Of a stretch of 64,000 nt of DNA, positions 11,601-24,375 are shown piece by piece (position 1 is the first letter of the stretch; each line of letters begins with the position of its first letter). Below the pieces are notes generated by a model that did not search any database, had not been told where the DNA came from, and worked only from the letters and a program-made list of their open reading frames with translations. The stretch is taken from the NCBI RefSeq assembly GCF_052425735.1, contig NC_135765.1, positions 6,262,001 through 6,326,000 of the forward strand. Reading direction: 5' to 3'. Made by a program: the position numbers and the translations under genes. This stretch comes from Oculina patagonica. Taxonomy: Eukaryota.

Positions 11601-13423
11601 AGAGGGTGGGTAGGACTGGTCCAAATTAGGGAAAGGTCAATGACTTTTATGTAGGAAAAAAGGGGGTGGGGCACATGAATTTGTACACGCATATTAGGAC
11701 GGTTTAAAGAAGTGGGTGGGTAAGGGGGGGATCAGTGAAAAATGTGCTTTACAAAAAAGAAGGGTCAGGAGAATTTGAACATAGGCTCCCTTCATTCGCA
11801 CCAGCGCCCCCCCCCCCCCGCCCTCACCTACCCACAGACTATGATTAGCCCCAATCCGATTAATACGACAAGGAAGCTAGAGTGGAAAATGTATAAAAAC
11901 TTTAAAAGTTTGGACTGAGTAATGTAGTAACCTTAAATGAACTGTAATCTAACTGGTAATCTTAATGTATGTTATGGACTGCTCAAACAATGACAAAAAA
12001 CAAAAGCCAAGAACAGGCCAAGTATGGGCCCCTGTGTTTACTTAAGATACAGATACCCCCCTCCCCCCCTCCGCCCAAGATATCAACCTATTCAGACTAT
12101 CCCCTTCCCCCAAGAAAAAATAACAAAATAAAACAAAAAAAATTAATTAAGCTAAAAAAGAGGACTTACCGTTTAGAAACACTAGCGACAATTACGACCC
12201 TCCAACAGCAAAATAGTTACCCATTGCATACCTTACCCCCCCCCCACCCCGCAAGTAGAGGATGGAATAATCGCGAAAGACTTTTAAAACTAGCTCAGTT
12301 CAGAAAATTGATGAGTTTTTAGGCAGTCTTGGAGAATTTATTTCCTTTCCAAGGATAAATACGCTAGCAATTGCAATGTATGGAAATGTAAAAACAGTTC
12401 CATTAGTGCAAACTGGTAACCAGAAACTGAAAGAGTACTCGAGCGATTTACTTCAAAATGAAACTGAATACTAAGCATTTTAAAACGAGGTTGGTATGGC
12501 TTGACAACAACCCATTAAAAAAGTAAGAAACATTCACTGAATCGAAATCTATAGCATTGCTTTTTTGTCAAACCTTTCTTATTTCTTGTGCCCGTATTTC
12601 AGTTAACACTTTTTTTAATAACAAAACTGGCAATATCGCTCTGTAAGCGCGCATCGCGTGACTTTCATTTACGTTTGATCGATGATTCGGGAGAATATTT
12701 AGCAAGAGGTATTAAAATGTTTCTGTTATTATTAATACCAGCAAGCTGTAAATTAACAAATAACTTACGAATACACTCTTTTGAAAGTCAAAAAATACAC
12801 GCTAGAGTTCAAAATAAATCAATTACAATCGCAAGTGATCGAATAAAAGCAGTAAATGTGTTAACATATTCCAGGAATTCATTACGAACTCACGTTACCC
12901 GGAAAGCCAAACAAGAGGAAAACTTTCGGTTTCATTTACCGTTTCCATTAATGTCGCCCTGTTTCTCTTATTCTTCCGTATGTAAAAGGAGATAAAAGGG
13001 ATTTGAATAACTGATTGTGTTTCTTGAGGTCGAAAATGTTAGCACAATTGACTCCTGCTTGACATAGTGATAAAATGCGAGACTGCTACCGACGTTAACC
13101 AAATTATTTGACTTTTTTTTAATAAAAAGCTCTCGTTTCGCTTTGCATTCCAGAATTTGGCTATTTGACCGATGAAGTACCTTAATTAGGCCCTTTAGAT
13201 CTAAATTTTAGTGAATAAACCGGCAAAGCAAAGTCTGAATTTCACCAGTTAAATTATAACACTTCTTTGACATGTTTCACTTTCAAGCGAAGACTCGAAT
13301 ACGCTTGCCATATTTAAACAAAATGTAACCGATTATAAGCTGAAATTAAAAAAAAAAATATTCGGATCTTTGTGTACTTACGATTTTTGGCGAACCGCCG
13401 AATATTTTTCTAAAAAAAGCCAT
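5625..13423 (-). CDS. G1: IFI44-family P-loop GTPase (no TLDc) with N-terminal coiled coil and C-terminal SAM-like domain, 439 aa
   Basis: Exons 13382-13423, 10772-11165, 10000-10180, 8540-8742, 7717-7992, 5625-5848; all GT-AG, 1320 nt open. Motifs: RIALIGPTGSGKTS (Walker A), KEGT, VDTRG, ILSGRIR, HAVIFV, VITYLD, FIANY, LDSVLLSAERFI, in the same order as IFI44 motifs (ILNGNIR, HCVAFV, LTHVD, VSNY, AADDFL, recalled). Confidence 0.88.
5962..7565 (-). mobile_element. 5'-truncated, decayed CR1/L2-like LINE in the last intron of G1
   Basis: Post-RT-like residues ARLRHPVPTQTLLTMYRSLILPYLTDGICV*...INKLLILQKR; 3' hairpin ttcacctccc/gggaggtgaa, minus-strand AATAAA at ~5986-5991 and a (TTG)n-like tail. 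Confidence 0.7.
6054..6811 (+). mobile_element. 5'-truncated RTE-clade LINE (RT C-terminus), frameshifted at ~6420
   Basis: VEKFIYLG, YKTLVKPVLMYGCETW, RRRWRFIGHILR, RGRPKTTWRRTV, AQDRNRWR motifs; AGGTGA repeat tail; 12-bp TSD TTTGAGGCGGGA at 6042-6053 and 6812-6823. Confidence 0.92.
11298..11600 (-). mobile_element. Full-length tRNA-derived SINE with TSD
   Basis: Minus-strand A box TAGCCTAATGG and B box GGTTCGAGGCC; 12-bp TSD AGAGGGTGGGTA at 11286-11297 and 11601-11612. Related pieces near 1370, 14178, 16030, 44410 and 51530. Confidence 0.88.
12645..12937. promoter_or_regulatory. Conserved intron-1 motif cluster of G1: GCATCGCGTGAC, GAS TTCCAGGAA (12869-12877), ISRE-like ACTTTCGGTTTC (12922-12933)
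   Basis: The same motifs are kept in G2 intron 1 despite indels and TE insertions around them. Confidence 0.6.
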
Positions 13424-13494
13424 TTTAGAAAAGGCTTTTTGTGTACGCCTGGAAACTTCTCGTCTGCTCTAACTTCTTGAAGCAGAATTCAAAA

Positions 13495-13543
13495 GCGGAA
13501 GTGGGTTTTCCCTGAAATCGCGTGACGTTTCTGATTCTCAGAA
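13495..13543 (-). promoter_or_regulatory. G1 proximal promoter: ETS GCGGAAGTG, kB site GGGTTTTCCC, CGTGACG, GAS TTCTCAGAA
   Basis: 70-120 nt upstream of the ATG; same order as in G2 with consensus-preserving substitutions. Confidence 0.65.
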
Positions 13544-14177
13544 ATAATCTCTGACCCAGGTCCCGTAGCCTGCGTCCAGCCGTCTCCTATTTCCCTCCTG
13601 GGGCGAGATCGCGCGAACGTCCACCTTGTTGCCGAAAACTATCATTTTCATTTCTTCTTCAGTGGACACCCAGTTTAAAAATAACATGACCCGCACTCAG
13701 TATTGGTAACGGCTTCTTGAGCCTAAGAGTTTTTATAAGCCAGGCAGCTGGAATATACAGAAATACAGAATCCACAAACGAATAATATACATAGTGTATT
13801 TGTAAGAGCAGCAATTCACCATCAGAGAATAGGGTTTGGGTACGTTTCAGCTTGGGCTTTTGTAGCCTATTTGTTATTCGTTTGTGAACCTGGAAATTGC
13901 TCTCCAAGACGCGTTGCAGGTTCTAATTCTATTTTGTTTGCGCATGCTAGCGAGGCTTGGAGGGCAATTTGCATGAACACAAAAGGATAACAAGTAGGCT
14001 GCAAAATGTCTATAGAGCATTTTCATTCACGTGACCTGCGGCCATATTGGTTTACTAAACCAAAAAAGAGAGTTTTATTCCCAGAGGAATAACAAGTACA
14101 CCAATATGGCCTTCGTTTCTTTGTTTTGGAACACCAACATATCAAAACGATCTATTACGGTGCATCCAATTTTTAAT

Positions 14178-14420
14178 GGAGAGGCATGGCGGCCTAATGG
14201 TTAGTGTGATGGACTCCGGATCGAGCGGTCCGGGTTTGAGCAATCGCCGGGGCACTGCGTTGTGTTCTTGAGCAGGATATTTTACTCACAAAGTGCCTCT
14301 GTCCACCCAGGTGTATAAATGGGTACCGGCGAATTTCCGTTACTGCTGGGGCTAACCTTGCGATGGACTAGCACCCCATCGAGGGGGAGTAGAAATACTA
14401 CTAGTCGCTTCATGCTACGT
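14178..14420 (+). mobile_element. tRNA-derived SINE, same family as 11298-11600
   Basis: tggcggcctaatggttag head and shared body. Confidence 0.8.
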
Positions 14421-15233
14421 CATATGTATAAATAAGCTTTTTTGCATATGTGAGCGAAGTGTAAAAACATAAACACTTTTCAATCAACTTAAACTTTTAT
14501 TTCTTTAAGAAATTCAAAATCGATGAGATGATCATAACCCTTACTTGTTTGCCTAGCTGAAAACGGCAAAAAGTTGTATTTCGTCATCCAAATGAGCTCC
14601 TGGTCCTGGTTTCGTTCTCCCTGTGAGTTTACCAGGCCTGAAATACGTTTTACTGCCGCAAAAAAAGTTAGCCCATTTTAACTGACTAACTTTTGTTTTG
14701 TTTTGGAACAGCAATATGGCAGCTGCGACGTCATATCAAAACGCTCTATTACGGTGCATCCAATTTTTGATGGGGAGGCAAAAAAAAGTTAGCCCATTTT
14801 AACTGACTGGTTTATAGTCAGTTTCTAGTGGAACATAATCAATCATCACCAGGTATACTCGGCCAATATTTTTGCTAACAACCTAAGAGATTTCGAGGTG
14901 GCTAAGTGGAATTGCCGCAGCACGGTTGATTTAGCTTTGTGGAGTCTTGAGACTAGTAAAGTTGTCACGTGACAAGAAGACCGTGTACGATCGAGTATGT
15001 TCTTGCCATGTGTGTGTTGTAACTCAGAGTTTGCACACTTTTTTATGCATTAAATACAACACAAGCTTAATCTTCTCAGAGTTGCGAGTTCGAATCTTCA
15101 CTTAACAGGGGTTATTCTAAATGGTTAGGGGGCCAAATAACCTCTCCCCGAATCAACATTTCTTAAAATGAATATTTTTACTTCACATGATTAGACAATT
15201 ATATCAAGTTTTTTTCTTTAGCTCGGTTCAACG

Positions 15234-18200
15234 TTACATGTTCTTCATCTCCTCTTCCAAGCCAATCTTCATGCCAATGGACAATGGCAGCTCTGACTTG
15301 ATGTCTTCCCACAGTTCCTTGAGGGCTTTAACCGTGTTGATCTCCTTTTTGCGCAGGTCTTCCAGCACAGCTTTCTTCCTTCCCTGGTCGGTCCAGTTGT
15401 ACTTCTTCTGAACACGAGCGAAGAATTGCGCCACACTTTCCCCGCCACTGGAAACTCCTGGGGAAAGATTGAAAAATAAGAGAGCAATGTTAATATCTGC
15501 GCATGCACAAGATCTTCTCGTTGATCCAAAATATGCATAGTATATGACGAGAGGTTTAGATGTCTATTAATCGTTACATAATTGGCATTAAGGTACAATC
15601 GGCGAATGTGATTGGTTCTCTCATTGCATGTCCACTAATAGAAGGCGATCGCGCGCTAGTAGCCTTTGAACAGAATGTAAATGTAAAAAAGTAAATGTTG
15701 TTTATAGTGGTCATGCACTTAGCTTTATATCTCTTCGAGATAGCTAGTTTACAGGCATGCCACTGAAACAGAGGAATGAACATAACAAGGTTAAAAATCC
15801 CAACTGGCAGGAGGCAGACCAGTTGGCTATGTACAAAGCGTGATCGAGGATTTGAACTCGGGACAACCGAGAAACAAATTCAGCTAGTGGCAGGGGCAGG
15901 TCTTGAACCGGGGACCTCCGGATTACAATACCAGCGCCCTAAACCATTCGACGTCATCATTTTCTTCTCTACTTCGCAGTGGGTTTCCATTTGAAGAGCA
16001 TTGTTCCATTATTCTGGATTCTTTGACCTTAGGTGGAGAGAAAGGGCACTATGAGAGTAAAGTGTTTCTGTCCAAGAGCACAACGCAGTGCCCCGGCGAG
16101 AGTTCGAACCCAGACCGCTCGATCCAGAGTCCAGCGCACTAACCATCAAGCCACCGCGCCTCCAATGTTGACAGTTGAATACGTAAAAAATGGCCTAGAG
16201 ACTCTCTCCCTTAGTTATGGCATTGAATTTGGGAAAAAGATTACCTCCAGCCATGGCCTCCCTTTCCATCTGATTCTTCTCTCGTTGCTTTTTAATTCGT
16301 ATAAACCTTTCAGCGGAGAGCAAAACAGAATCCAGGATGTCAAGAGCGGTTCGATCCACTTCAAAGGACTGGTCAGCATCCACGTGTGTGTAATTTGCAA
16401 TGAAGTAGGTTCTCTCGCTGGAGCTACCAGTTGCCCAGGACGCCTGATCAAAAGCTTCATCTTTATCTTCTTTGTCTTTCAGCCTGTCAAGATAAGTAAT
16501 CACCGTCACAGGAGCATAACCTGCAAAGTAAGGGAAAGATTATCAGTCACAGGGGCAAAAATTGTATTGTTATATAGCTAGAAATTTTTCCTTAGCAGCT
16601 CGCGCTAATTGGTTAATTCGAGGTCACATGAAATCTAACAATAGATGCTGTTTCCCGCCAAAAGTCTCCGAGAGGGCAACATTGCAAAATATGTGAAAAC
16701 AGAGGGCACATTGCAATTAATGTTGCCCGCGAATGTTAACCTTCGAGCGCCATTTTTTAAAGTCTTCGTCGTGCTATATAACAAAGCACTTAATGACTGA
16801 AAACCAGTTGATTTTGTTTTCCTCGAAACATTGAGATTTTCGGGAAATAAAATTAACTGTTTTTCCGAGGAATCAGTCATTAAAGGAAGGTAAAAAGAAA
16901 AAACGACCGACCGACTTAATGAACGAACAAAAGGAAGCAAGGACCGACCGACCGAACAAACGAACGATCACATGAACGACGGCGGAAATAAAAGAAAAGT
17001 AGGGAAGCCATGAAATGTAATTGAATGTAATAAGTGCGATCAAATACCCCTTCAGATATGCGATGGAGAGAAGGTTTTAACAAACCAGGACCTGGTTGTC
17101 AAAGCATAAAATTTGATTTCAGTTTTATTAAATTTTTAACGAAATTTTCTGTTTCTCTATATCTCCACAAAACATAAGCACTTTTATACAAGAGAAATTG
17201 AACCCTCGATGAACTTTTAATCTTGGGTTAGCGTTAATCTGCCCCAGGGCCGGGTTGTTCGAAGGGCGATTAACGCTAACCCAGGATTAAAAGATGATCA
17301 AGGTTTTAATTTCTCTTGTTTTAAAAGTTTTCCATAGCTAATGTTTTGTGGCGTTTGAGTTTGGTCCACGTCAAAACTGGGGGATTAAATATATTAACAG
17401 AAAACCTTAACGAAATGTTATAAAATTGAAATCAAATATCACGCTAATCCTGGATTAGCTTAATCGTGCTTTGAACAACCGGGCCCAGGTCTATACAACA
17501 GGGTAAGTCTATATAATAGGGCAACAGCTTCAGTGAAAAACGGACGGCACATCACCCTGCCCAACTACAAACGTTTGAATCATTTTCATAGGGTCTTACA
17601 CCTTGACGTACATAAAAAAGGCCTTTTAATTTGAGCTAAAGGACTGGATTTTCTTGCACCTATTGCTATTACCATCTTGTCGAAAGTGCTCTCTGATCTT
17701 CTGGAGAGTGTCCTTGTACTTGCCATCCTTCAAACGCGGATCGTTTGCCTTCACAACAAAAATCACAGCGTGTGCGTATTTAGAGAGCTCTTGAGCTCTT
17801 TTAGCCGCGGTGTTCGGCTCTCGATTTGCTCCTTGCTGGTCATAATTTCGCACGATTTCTTCTCCAGGACGAATCCTTAAAGAGAAACAAGAAAAAAATA
17901 ACTTTTCAGAACTAAATACGCCCCTGACGACAGTCCTGAAGCAACCATTTGTGTCACCTATAACTGGAATGAATTCATATGTAATAGGAGGCTAGTGTCT
18001 TGCCGAAGACAGCGTTCGTACTCTTTTGAATTCCATGACTTTTCAAAGTTTTCCATGACCTAAATCTGACCATTTTTCCTGGAAATTTCTTAAAAAATTA
18101 TCTTGATTTCGGGTACGCTTTTACCCTTTTCGATCCTCACAAAAAATTTCATTTTCCATGATTTTCCATGACCCACACTTAAATTCCATGACTTTCCAGC

Positions 18201-21200
18201 CCTGGAAAAATGAAATTCTAAAATTCCATGACTTTCCAGGTTTTCCATGACCCGTACAAACCCTGAAAGAACGAAACAAAAGGACCCTAGTTGTGAAATG
18301 CTCGGTTTCATTAGCATATACTTGTAGAGCCCTAACACGGCTCATAATACCGAGGGTAAATAAAGTTTCAGTTTTAGTGTCACAGCAAAGACCGTTGTCA
18401 GGGGCTTAACGCAAGCCTTTTTTGTAGATGGTCTTAGTAAGTATTCGTATTTGTCTTAGTGTTATTTTTGTTATGATTATTTCTTAGGTAACTTAAACAC
18501 GACCACATCAGCTATGCTGTAAATTTATCGTGTCTAAATAAAAGATATATTATTATATTATTATTAATCGTCGTGTGTTCGTAGGAGATGTCCCGCACTT
18601 GACGAGACCATAGATCGCCTGTGTAGGAGACTAGCTGAACGCGTGATTTCACGATACAATTACAAGCTGCTTGTACCTCAAACCTTAGTAAAACAGGCTC
18701 AGCTTTACTTGCGACAAAGGGAGATCTGAGATTTGAGCCGAAAAATTAATACTACTGTGGTTTGTGTCTGTGTGTTCCCTTTGATTGGTCGATTAAGAAC
18801 TGTCACGCGCATGACACAGAGAAACGCCTGTTTTCGTTGCGCTGACCTAAACAACGCACAAAACATCAATTACCTTCCTGACATGATTTTGAGGCACTCA
18901 TCCAGGAGCCTTTCGTCACTCTCAAAAAATCCTCTGGTGTCCACCATTCGAATTTTTTTCTGCACGTAGTATTCCTCAAGGTGAATGGTACCTTCCTTTC
19001 CTGTGCCTTGCTCAAAGGCGTTCTGAGGTTCTCCAATAGCTCGCTGTAATGTGCCTTGTAAAGGTAATACAAAACAAGAAGGTCTTAATGCTGGGTGGAA
19101 AAAGTGAAAGTGGGAACCAAAGCAAACACAAATTTCTTTCGACACTTAAGTGAAAATCGCTCTAATGATTAACACTTTGGCTAATCACAAAATAACGCAA
19201 TAAAGCCGTCAGAGGTCGAAGCAAAGTACAGTCATGCAACCGGTGCAAAGTGCGGGAAAACGTGCATAAGCCAAGTCACTTAATGTTAAATTGGTTTGGT
19301 ATAGGAGCACCTTGCACTTCGAAAACCGTTGTAACACGTCTGTTTGTATGCATCTACGATTTTGAGCGCCATACTATAGGTATAGGTATTTTATTTAAAG
19401 TCGGAAACGTTGGGAGTGGTTGCCCAATCTCCCGAGCCAGGGGCTCATGTTAAAAACGCACGACTATTTACAATAAAATTAATTACATTACTATTACATT
19501 ATAATCATTAAAAATAGAATTTAAAAAGAGATGCTAATATAAATATAGAATTAAAATATGAAAGCAACTAATCCTAATATTAAAAATTTAAAAGTTTAAG
19601 TTTGCACAAGAAGCATAGCATACTCCAAATAAAAAAACTATACAGGCTTCGAAAACCTGATAACAATCGAAAAACTCCTCTGAGACAGACCTGGGGGAAC
19701 CTTGCTTTACACCAGAGATTTAATAGAAACGTCACTAGCACAGATAGATATCGACCAGGTTTTTTCTTCCCCCACCCCCTCTCACCTAAAACTTCCTCCG
19801 ACTTAACCATCCAAAATACCCCCCTCCCTCTCCTCCCACACCAACCCTGAAATCCGCCAAGTTACGTTAACACATTTCTTTGTAGCTGGGACACGAAATA
19901 TACATGGAAAACCATACGCATTTTTATTACCTTGGGCTTGTCAATTTCACGGGTAATACCCTTACGAAGGAGGAATAAACCTGCCATGCGAATGTTTTAA
20001 TAGGTACCGAGGAAAAAAGGGATATTAGCCTGAGGCACAATGAGAGCACGAGAAATTTTAATCACAAAACACAGAAACCTGTTCTTACCCACAAAACTGG
20101 TTTTCCCTGATCCTGTAGGCCCGATTAGCGCAATACGTAGCAAATCAATGTCGTCCACCTCTAAATCTCGAAAAGATTCTTTCTTAATTCTGGGACAACT
20201 CTGAAAGTCGTAATTCATCAGGTCGCCCTTAAGTTGAAGGAATCGTTCTTCTTCCTTTTGTTTTCTTTCTCTTTCCTCCCTCTCACGTTTTTGACGGTCT
20301 AATTTTCTTCTCTGTTCGTCGTCTTCACTTCTGGTGCGTTCTGCCACTTCACGCAACGCCTGTTGACGATCTCTTTCCATCGCGTCACGCAACTCTCTCA
20401 TTCGCTGGTCATTCTCCTCTCGGGCTCTCTGTTCACCTTGAGCGCGTGCATTGCGATCTGTTCTGTCCACCGTTTCATAGTTCTGTAATTAAAGACAGAC
20501 AAACAAGCAAAACCAAGGGATCGTGTTTGAAACAAATTTCAGAGGATTTGGAAACAATTTTATTTAGAAAACGAATCCGAATAAAAGAGAAGGAAGCTAG
20601 AGTAGAAAATATAGATACACCTTGACATTGTAGCTAGCTAGGTAATAATTTTAATTTAGTGATTTACTCGAAAACGGAACTTTATACTAAGCTTTTAAAA
20701 AATGAGGCTGGCATGACTTCACAACAAACCGATTAAATGAAAAACATTTTTCTCAATTTTTTGAATACAGTCAACTCTCTCTTAACGGACACCTCTATAA
20801 GAAGGACACCTCCATAAGACGGACACCTGGTGATGGTCCCTGCCGTTTTTCAGTCATTTTACTGTAACCAAACTCCCTATAAGACCGACGGACACCTCTC
20901 TAAGGCGGACAACGGACACTTTGAAATGATTAACGGACACTTGAGAAGTGTTTTTTTATCATGTTTTATTAGTGAAAATACTTCCAAACTTCTCAACGTT
21001 AGTCACTGTACCAAGGATACGTGTATACCAAGCTTACTAACCACAAACAATGACGCTTTAACGGATTACTTCTTTACTTACGTATATGGACACTAAAGAG
21101 GTCATTCTCTACTTACAGTATTACAGTTTGTAGAAGCTCTCAACTTTTGCTTTAAAAAGTAAATACGGTCCTTTTATTATTTTAGTCTTGTTGCAGTTAG

Positions 21201-22974
21201 CAAAGGTTTGTTGCATTGTGCAAAGGTTTAGCTTTATTATCTCAGAATTACTGGTGTCATGTGACCTCGACTCTCTATTAGGCGGACACCTCTCTAAGAC
21301 GGACAGCTGCGGCCGGTCCCGAAGGTGTCCGTCTTAGAGAGAGTTGACTGTATTCAAACCCTCATGAAATCCCACACGCACAGAAAACGTCACTGGAATC
21401 GAATTCAGTGACATAACCTATTTTGTCACAGTCTTTCTATTTCCTGTACCCATTTTTCAGTAATGACAATTTTATGAACTAAAACTGGCAACATCGATCA
21501 CTGAGCGCGCATCGCGTGACTTTCATTTACGCTTGCGTGACTGAAGAGTAAGGAAAATATAAACTATAAAGAGCTACTAAAATATTGGAGTTATTATTAA
21601 TGCCAGAAAACGGTAAATCAATAAAGAGTAAATTTTGTATTTAACACCAAAAAAAAAACACGTCAGCGCTCAAAATAAATTAATTACAAATTCTTGGTTT
21701 TCATGTTACGTCATAAAATTCTGAAATCAAAATTCACTAGGCCTACTACATTTTCGTTGTTATTAGACGTATAAAGACAAGCTAAAAATATATCTTTTTG
21801 CAAATTTCCAGATCGATAGTGTCATTCGTTTTTTAAACAGAGCATTTTGAATATTTGAGTTCTCCGTCGTATGTGACATCAAGCTTGTTTAAAAAAAAGG
21901 CCTTTCCTTTCCATTTTCAGCAGATTGAACATTTCAGATACAATAAATGGTGTTTATGTGAAACTGTACTAGCTCATGAGCCAAAGATTGCCGCTGTTGT
22001 AAACAGAATTGAGTTCCAGATGGTTTCTCTGACATCACGGCGGCCATATTTGTGTACCTCGGAAGGACACAGTTATGGCATCTCCATACTAAGCTTTATA
22101 AATTTGCGTGGAAAGGTTCGGCAAATAACTCGCGAACGGTACACCGCACAGACCTGAAACTTGGAGAAATTGTTTATCTATTTATCGTCTATAATATTTG
22201 AAATTATAGCTTCAGTTCTATAGTTGAATGGTTTCGAATTTATTTTTTGATTGCGTGACAGTGAAATCCAGCAATTGCAAATGATCGAACAAGTTCCAGG
22301 AATTCGTTACAACCGGAAGACGCGTTACCCGGAAAAGCCAAGAAACCTAAAGAGGAAGACTTTCGGTTTCATTTACCTACTGCAGTACAAATGTCACGTT
22401 CTTTTCCTTTATTATTCCTTTAATTTATTTTATCTAGTGAAAGGGATTAAAAATACCGTGACTTTGCGTTTTATTGTCGAGGATGATTGCGAAATGTACT
22501 TTGTACAGTTCTAATGAAATAAGAAACTCTAAGGTCAACAACATCTTTTCGCTTGATGTAATATATTTCGGTCTCAGACGAAAGCTCTTGTATTCTCTAT
22601 TCATCCGAGAATTCGCCGATTTGCCCGCCGCTTTAAAACGCTTGTGTTTCTGTGACTGAGTGAATGAAACATATGCAGAAACGCACTTTGCATTATAAAA
22701 TTAATAGTTTCGATGTCAACTTGTAAAGCACGACACACTACATTTGTTATTGGTGCAAATTGCCGATATTCCTCTTAATTTTGCTTGGCTTTCTTGTGAA
22801 ATCATGTTCGACTTCGTGCATACGTTTAAAACACAAGTTTCACTTTCAAACGAAGCGAACACTCGTGCACGCTTGTTTGCAGTGTTTGGACAAAAAGAAA
22901 CCAAGAATAAGCTGGAATTTATATAATTATTCAAATTTTCGTGTACTCACGATTTTGGAATCGCCGTTTCCCAT
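15234..22974 (-). CDS. G2: IFI44-family GTPase with N-myristoylation-type start MGNGDSK, coiled coil and SAM-like C-terminus, 433 aa; close paralog of G1
   Basis: Exons 22951-22974, 20089-20482, 18874-19054, 17673-17875, 16245-16520, 15234-15457; exons 2-6 have the same lengths as in G1 (394/181/203/276/224); 1302 nt open. Confidence 0.9.
15740..15950 (-). mobile_element. Second tRNA-derived SINE family
   Basis: Minus-strand tRNA-like head (tggtttagggcgctggtattgtaatccggaggtccccggttcaag) followed by a non-tRNA body. Confidence 0.65.
16030..16165 (-). mobile_element. SINE 5' fragment (11298-11600 family)
   Basis: gtggagagaaagggcactatgagagtaaagtg...ctaaccatcaagccaccgcgcctcc matches the full copy. 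Confidence 0.75.
17245..17488. mobile_element. MITE with imperfect TIRs
   Basis: cagggccgggttgttcgaag...taacccaggatt versus aatcctggattagc...tttgaacaaccgggcccag. Confidence 0.65.
20768..21350. mobile_element. Tc1/mariner (pogo-like) MITE
   Basis: TIRs CAGTCAACTCTCTC...GAGAGAGTTGACTG, TA on both sides, internal repeated GGACACC; absent from the paralogous G1 intron. Confidence 0.85.
22294..22370. promoter_or_regulatory. G2 intron-1 motif cluster: GAS TTCCAGGAA (22294-22302), CCGGAA cores, ISRE-like ACTTTCGGTTTC (22359-22370)
   Basis: Same motifs and order as in G1 intron 1. Confidence 0.6.
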
Positions 22975-23077
22975 TTTAGAGAAGGTTTCCTTTGTAGTGT
23001 AGCTTTGTGTACGCTTCGAAGGTCCTTAAAACTCCTTGCCTGCTCTGTGGTGCTTCTTTGAAGCCGAATCCTCAAAA

Positions 23078-23125
23078 GCGGAAGTGGGACTTCCCCGAAA
23101 TCGCGTGACTTCTGATTTCCCAGAA
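23078..23125 (-). promoter_or_regulatory. G2 proximal promoter: ETS GCGGAAGTG, canonical kB GGGACTTCCC (23086-23095), CGTGAC, GAS TTCCCAGAA (23117-23125)
   Basis: 100-150 nt upstream of the ATG; matches to well-known consensus sites, conserved with G1. Confidence 0.68.
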
Positions 23126-24375
23126 ATGACATTCTCGGACCCAGATCCCGGAGCAGTGACTGCGCGAGCCAGTACGTTTCAAATTGCGTATTAACAGTGT
23201 GTTCTATATTAAATATCCTTTTTCTGAACCCAACTGAAGAGTTTATTCCGTCATAACTGAGTTATGTGATGGTGGGTGCTGTTTGCTAAATTCCCACCCG
23301 TTTTGGCCCGTGACAGAGTTTCCAGTCGGGGGAACAAGTGCCAGTTGATGGCGTGTTCAGGTTTTCGAAACCTGAAAGAGCCCGCAATCTTCGGAAATTG
23401 TTCAGTGGGTTGCTTAGTTACATGATCACGCTATCATTACGCAACCACACAGCTGTGGGGATGAAAACAATTTTTTTTTGGCGCTTTTCCGCGGGAGTTT
23501 TAAAACATTTTTTTTTTAAGATGTTTTGTTTAGTATAAGTTCAATGGAAAGTGGGATCTCAGTTACTTTTGGTTTGGCACCGATAACAGTCATAGACAAT
23601 TTTAAGTCCTTTCGGGAAGGCAAAAAAATTTCATCAAAAAAATTTCGCCGTCCATACGTTATCAAACAACCTTGGATGACCACAATTACCACCTGCAGGT
23701 GCTCAAAAAAGAACATCTTGGACGAAGGAAATTTTTAAGCCTGTGTTCTAACCAAGAGAGCCAAGAGAACTTCTCTTCGATCATACCCGCGTGGCAAAAG
23801 CGCCATTTTGAACACCAAAACCTCAAGTTTCTTCGGAGATATTCGTATAACACTCTCATTGGACGAAATCATTCGGAAAGCATTCGGGCGCGCACACGAA
23901 AATTTCCCAAAACCAGAACTTGTTCCCCCGACTGTTTCGGCAAATCTCTTTTTACAGCAGTTGAATGACTCCGTCGACAAGAATGAATAAAGCGCATTTT
24001 GCAATGCCGAGCGTTGTCTTGAGCACTAGCCCTGCCTTGTTGGAAGGTTCAAAACTAGCAACAGGCCCTTTACATGTTCCCTTGCTCGTCAAAAACCCCG
24101 CCTGATTATTTTGCAACATACATAACCATAAAATTATCCTGACCTTAATTGTACTGGCTCCATCAAATGAAACTTGTTTTGGTGCCCCGTGACATTTATA
24201 TTGTCTGTCATGTCACTAAACACATTCAATCAAATTGGGTTGGGGAGGGGAGGGGGGGGGGGGGGTAACGCAGCAAACGTCAAACGCCTAGCCGCGCAAT
24301 CAAATTCAGTATACAGCTGTTTCTAGAAAGGTTGTCGAAAAAAGGCACAAAAGTGCATGCGACAAGACCGAAAGG

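Noticed and set aside
16033-16581. 182-aa plus-strand ORF and other plus-strand ORFs over the GTPase exons (for example 7742-8017, 8508-8810, 51224-51544)
   Set aside because: Antisense shadows of real minus-strand exons and SINE sequence.
23338-24004. Cluster of overlapping short ORFs upstream of G2
   Set aside because: No recognisable domain or consistent splice structure; probably decayed repeat.
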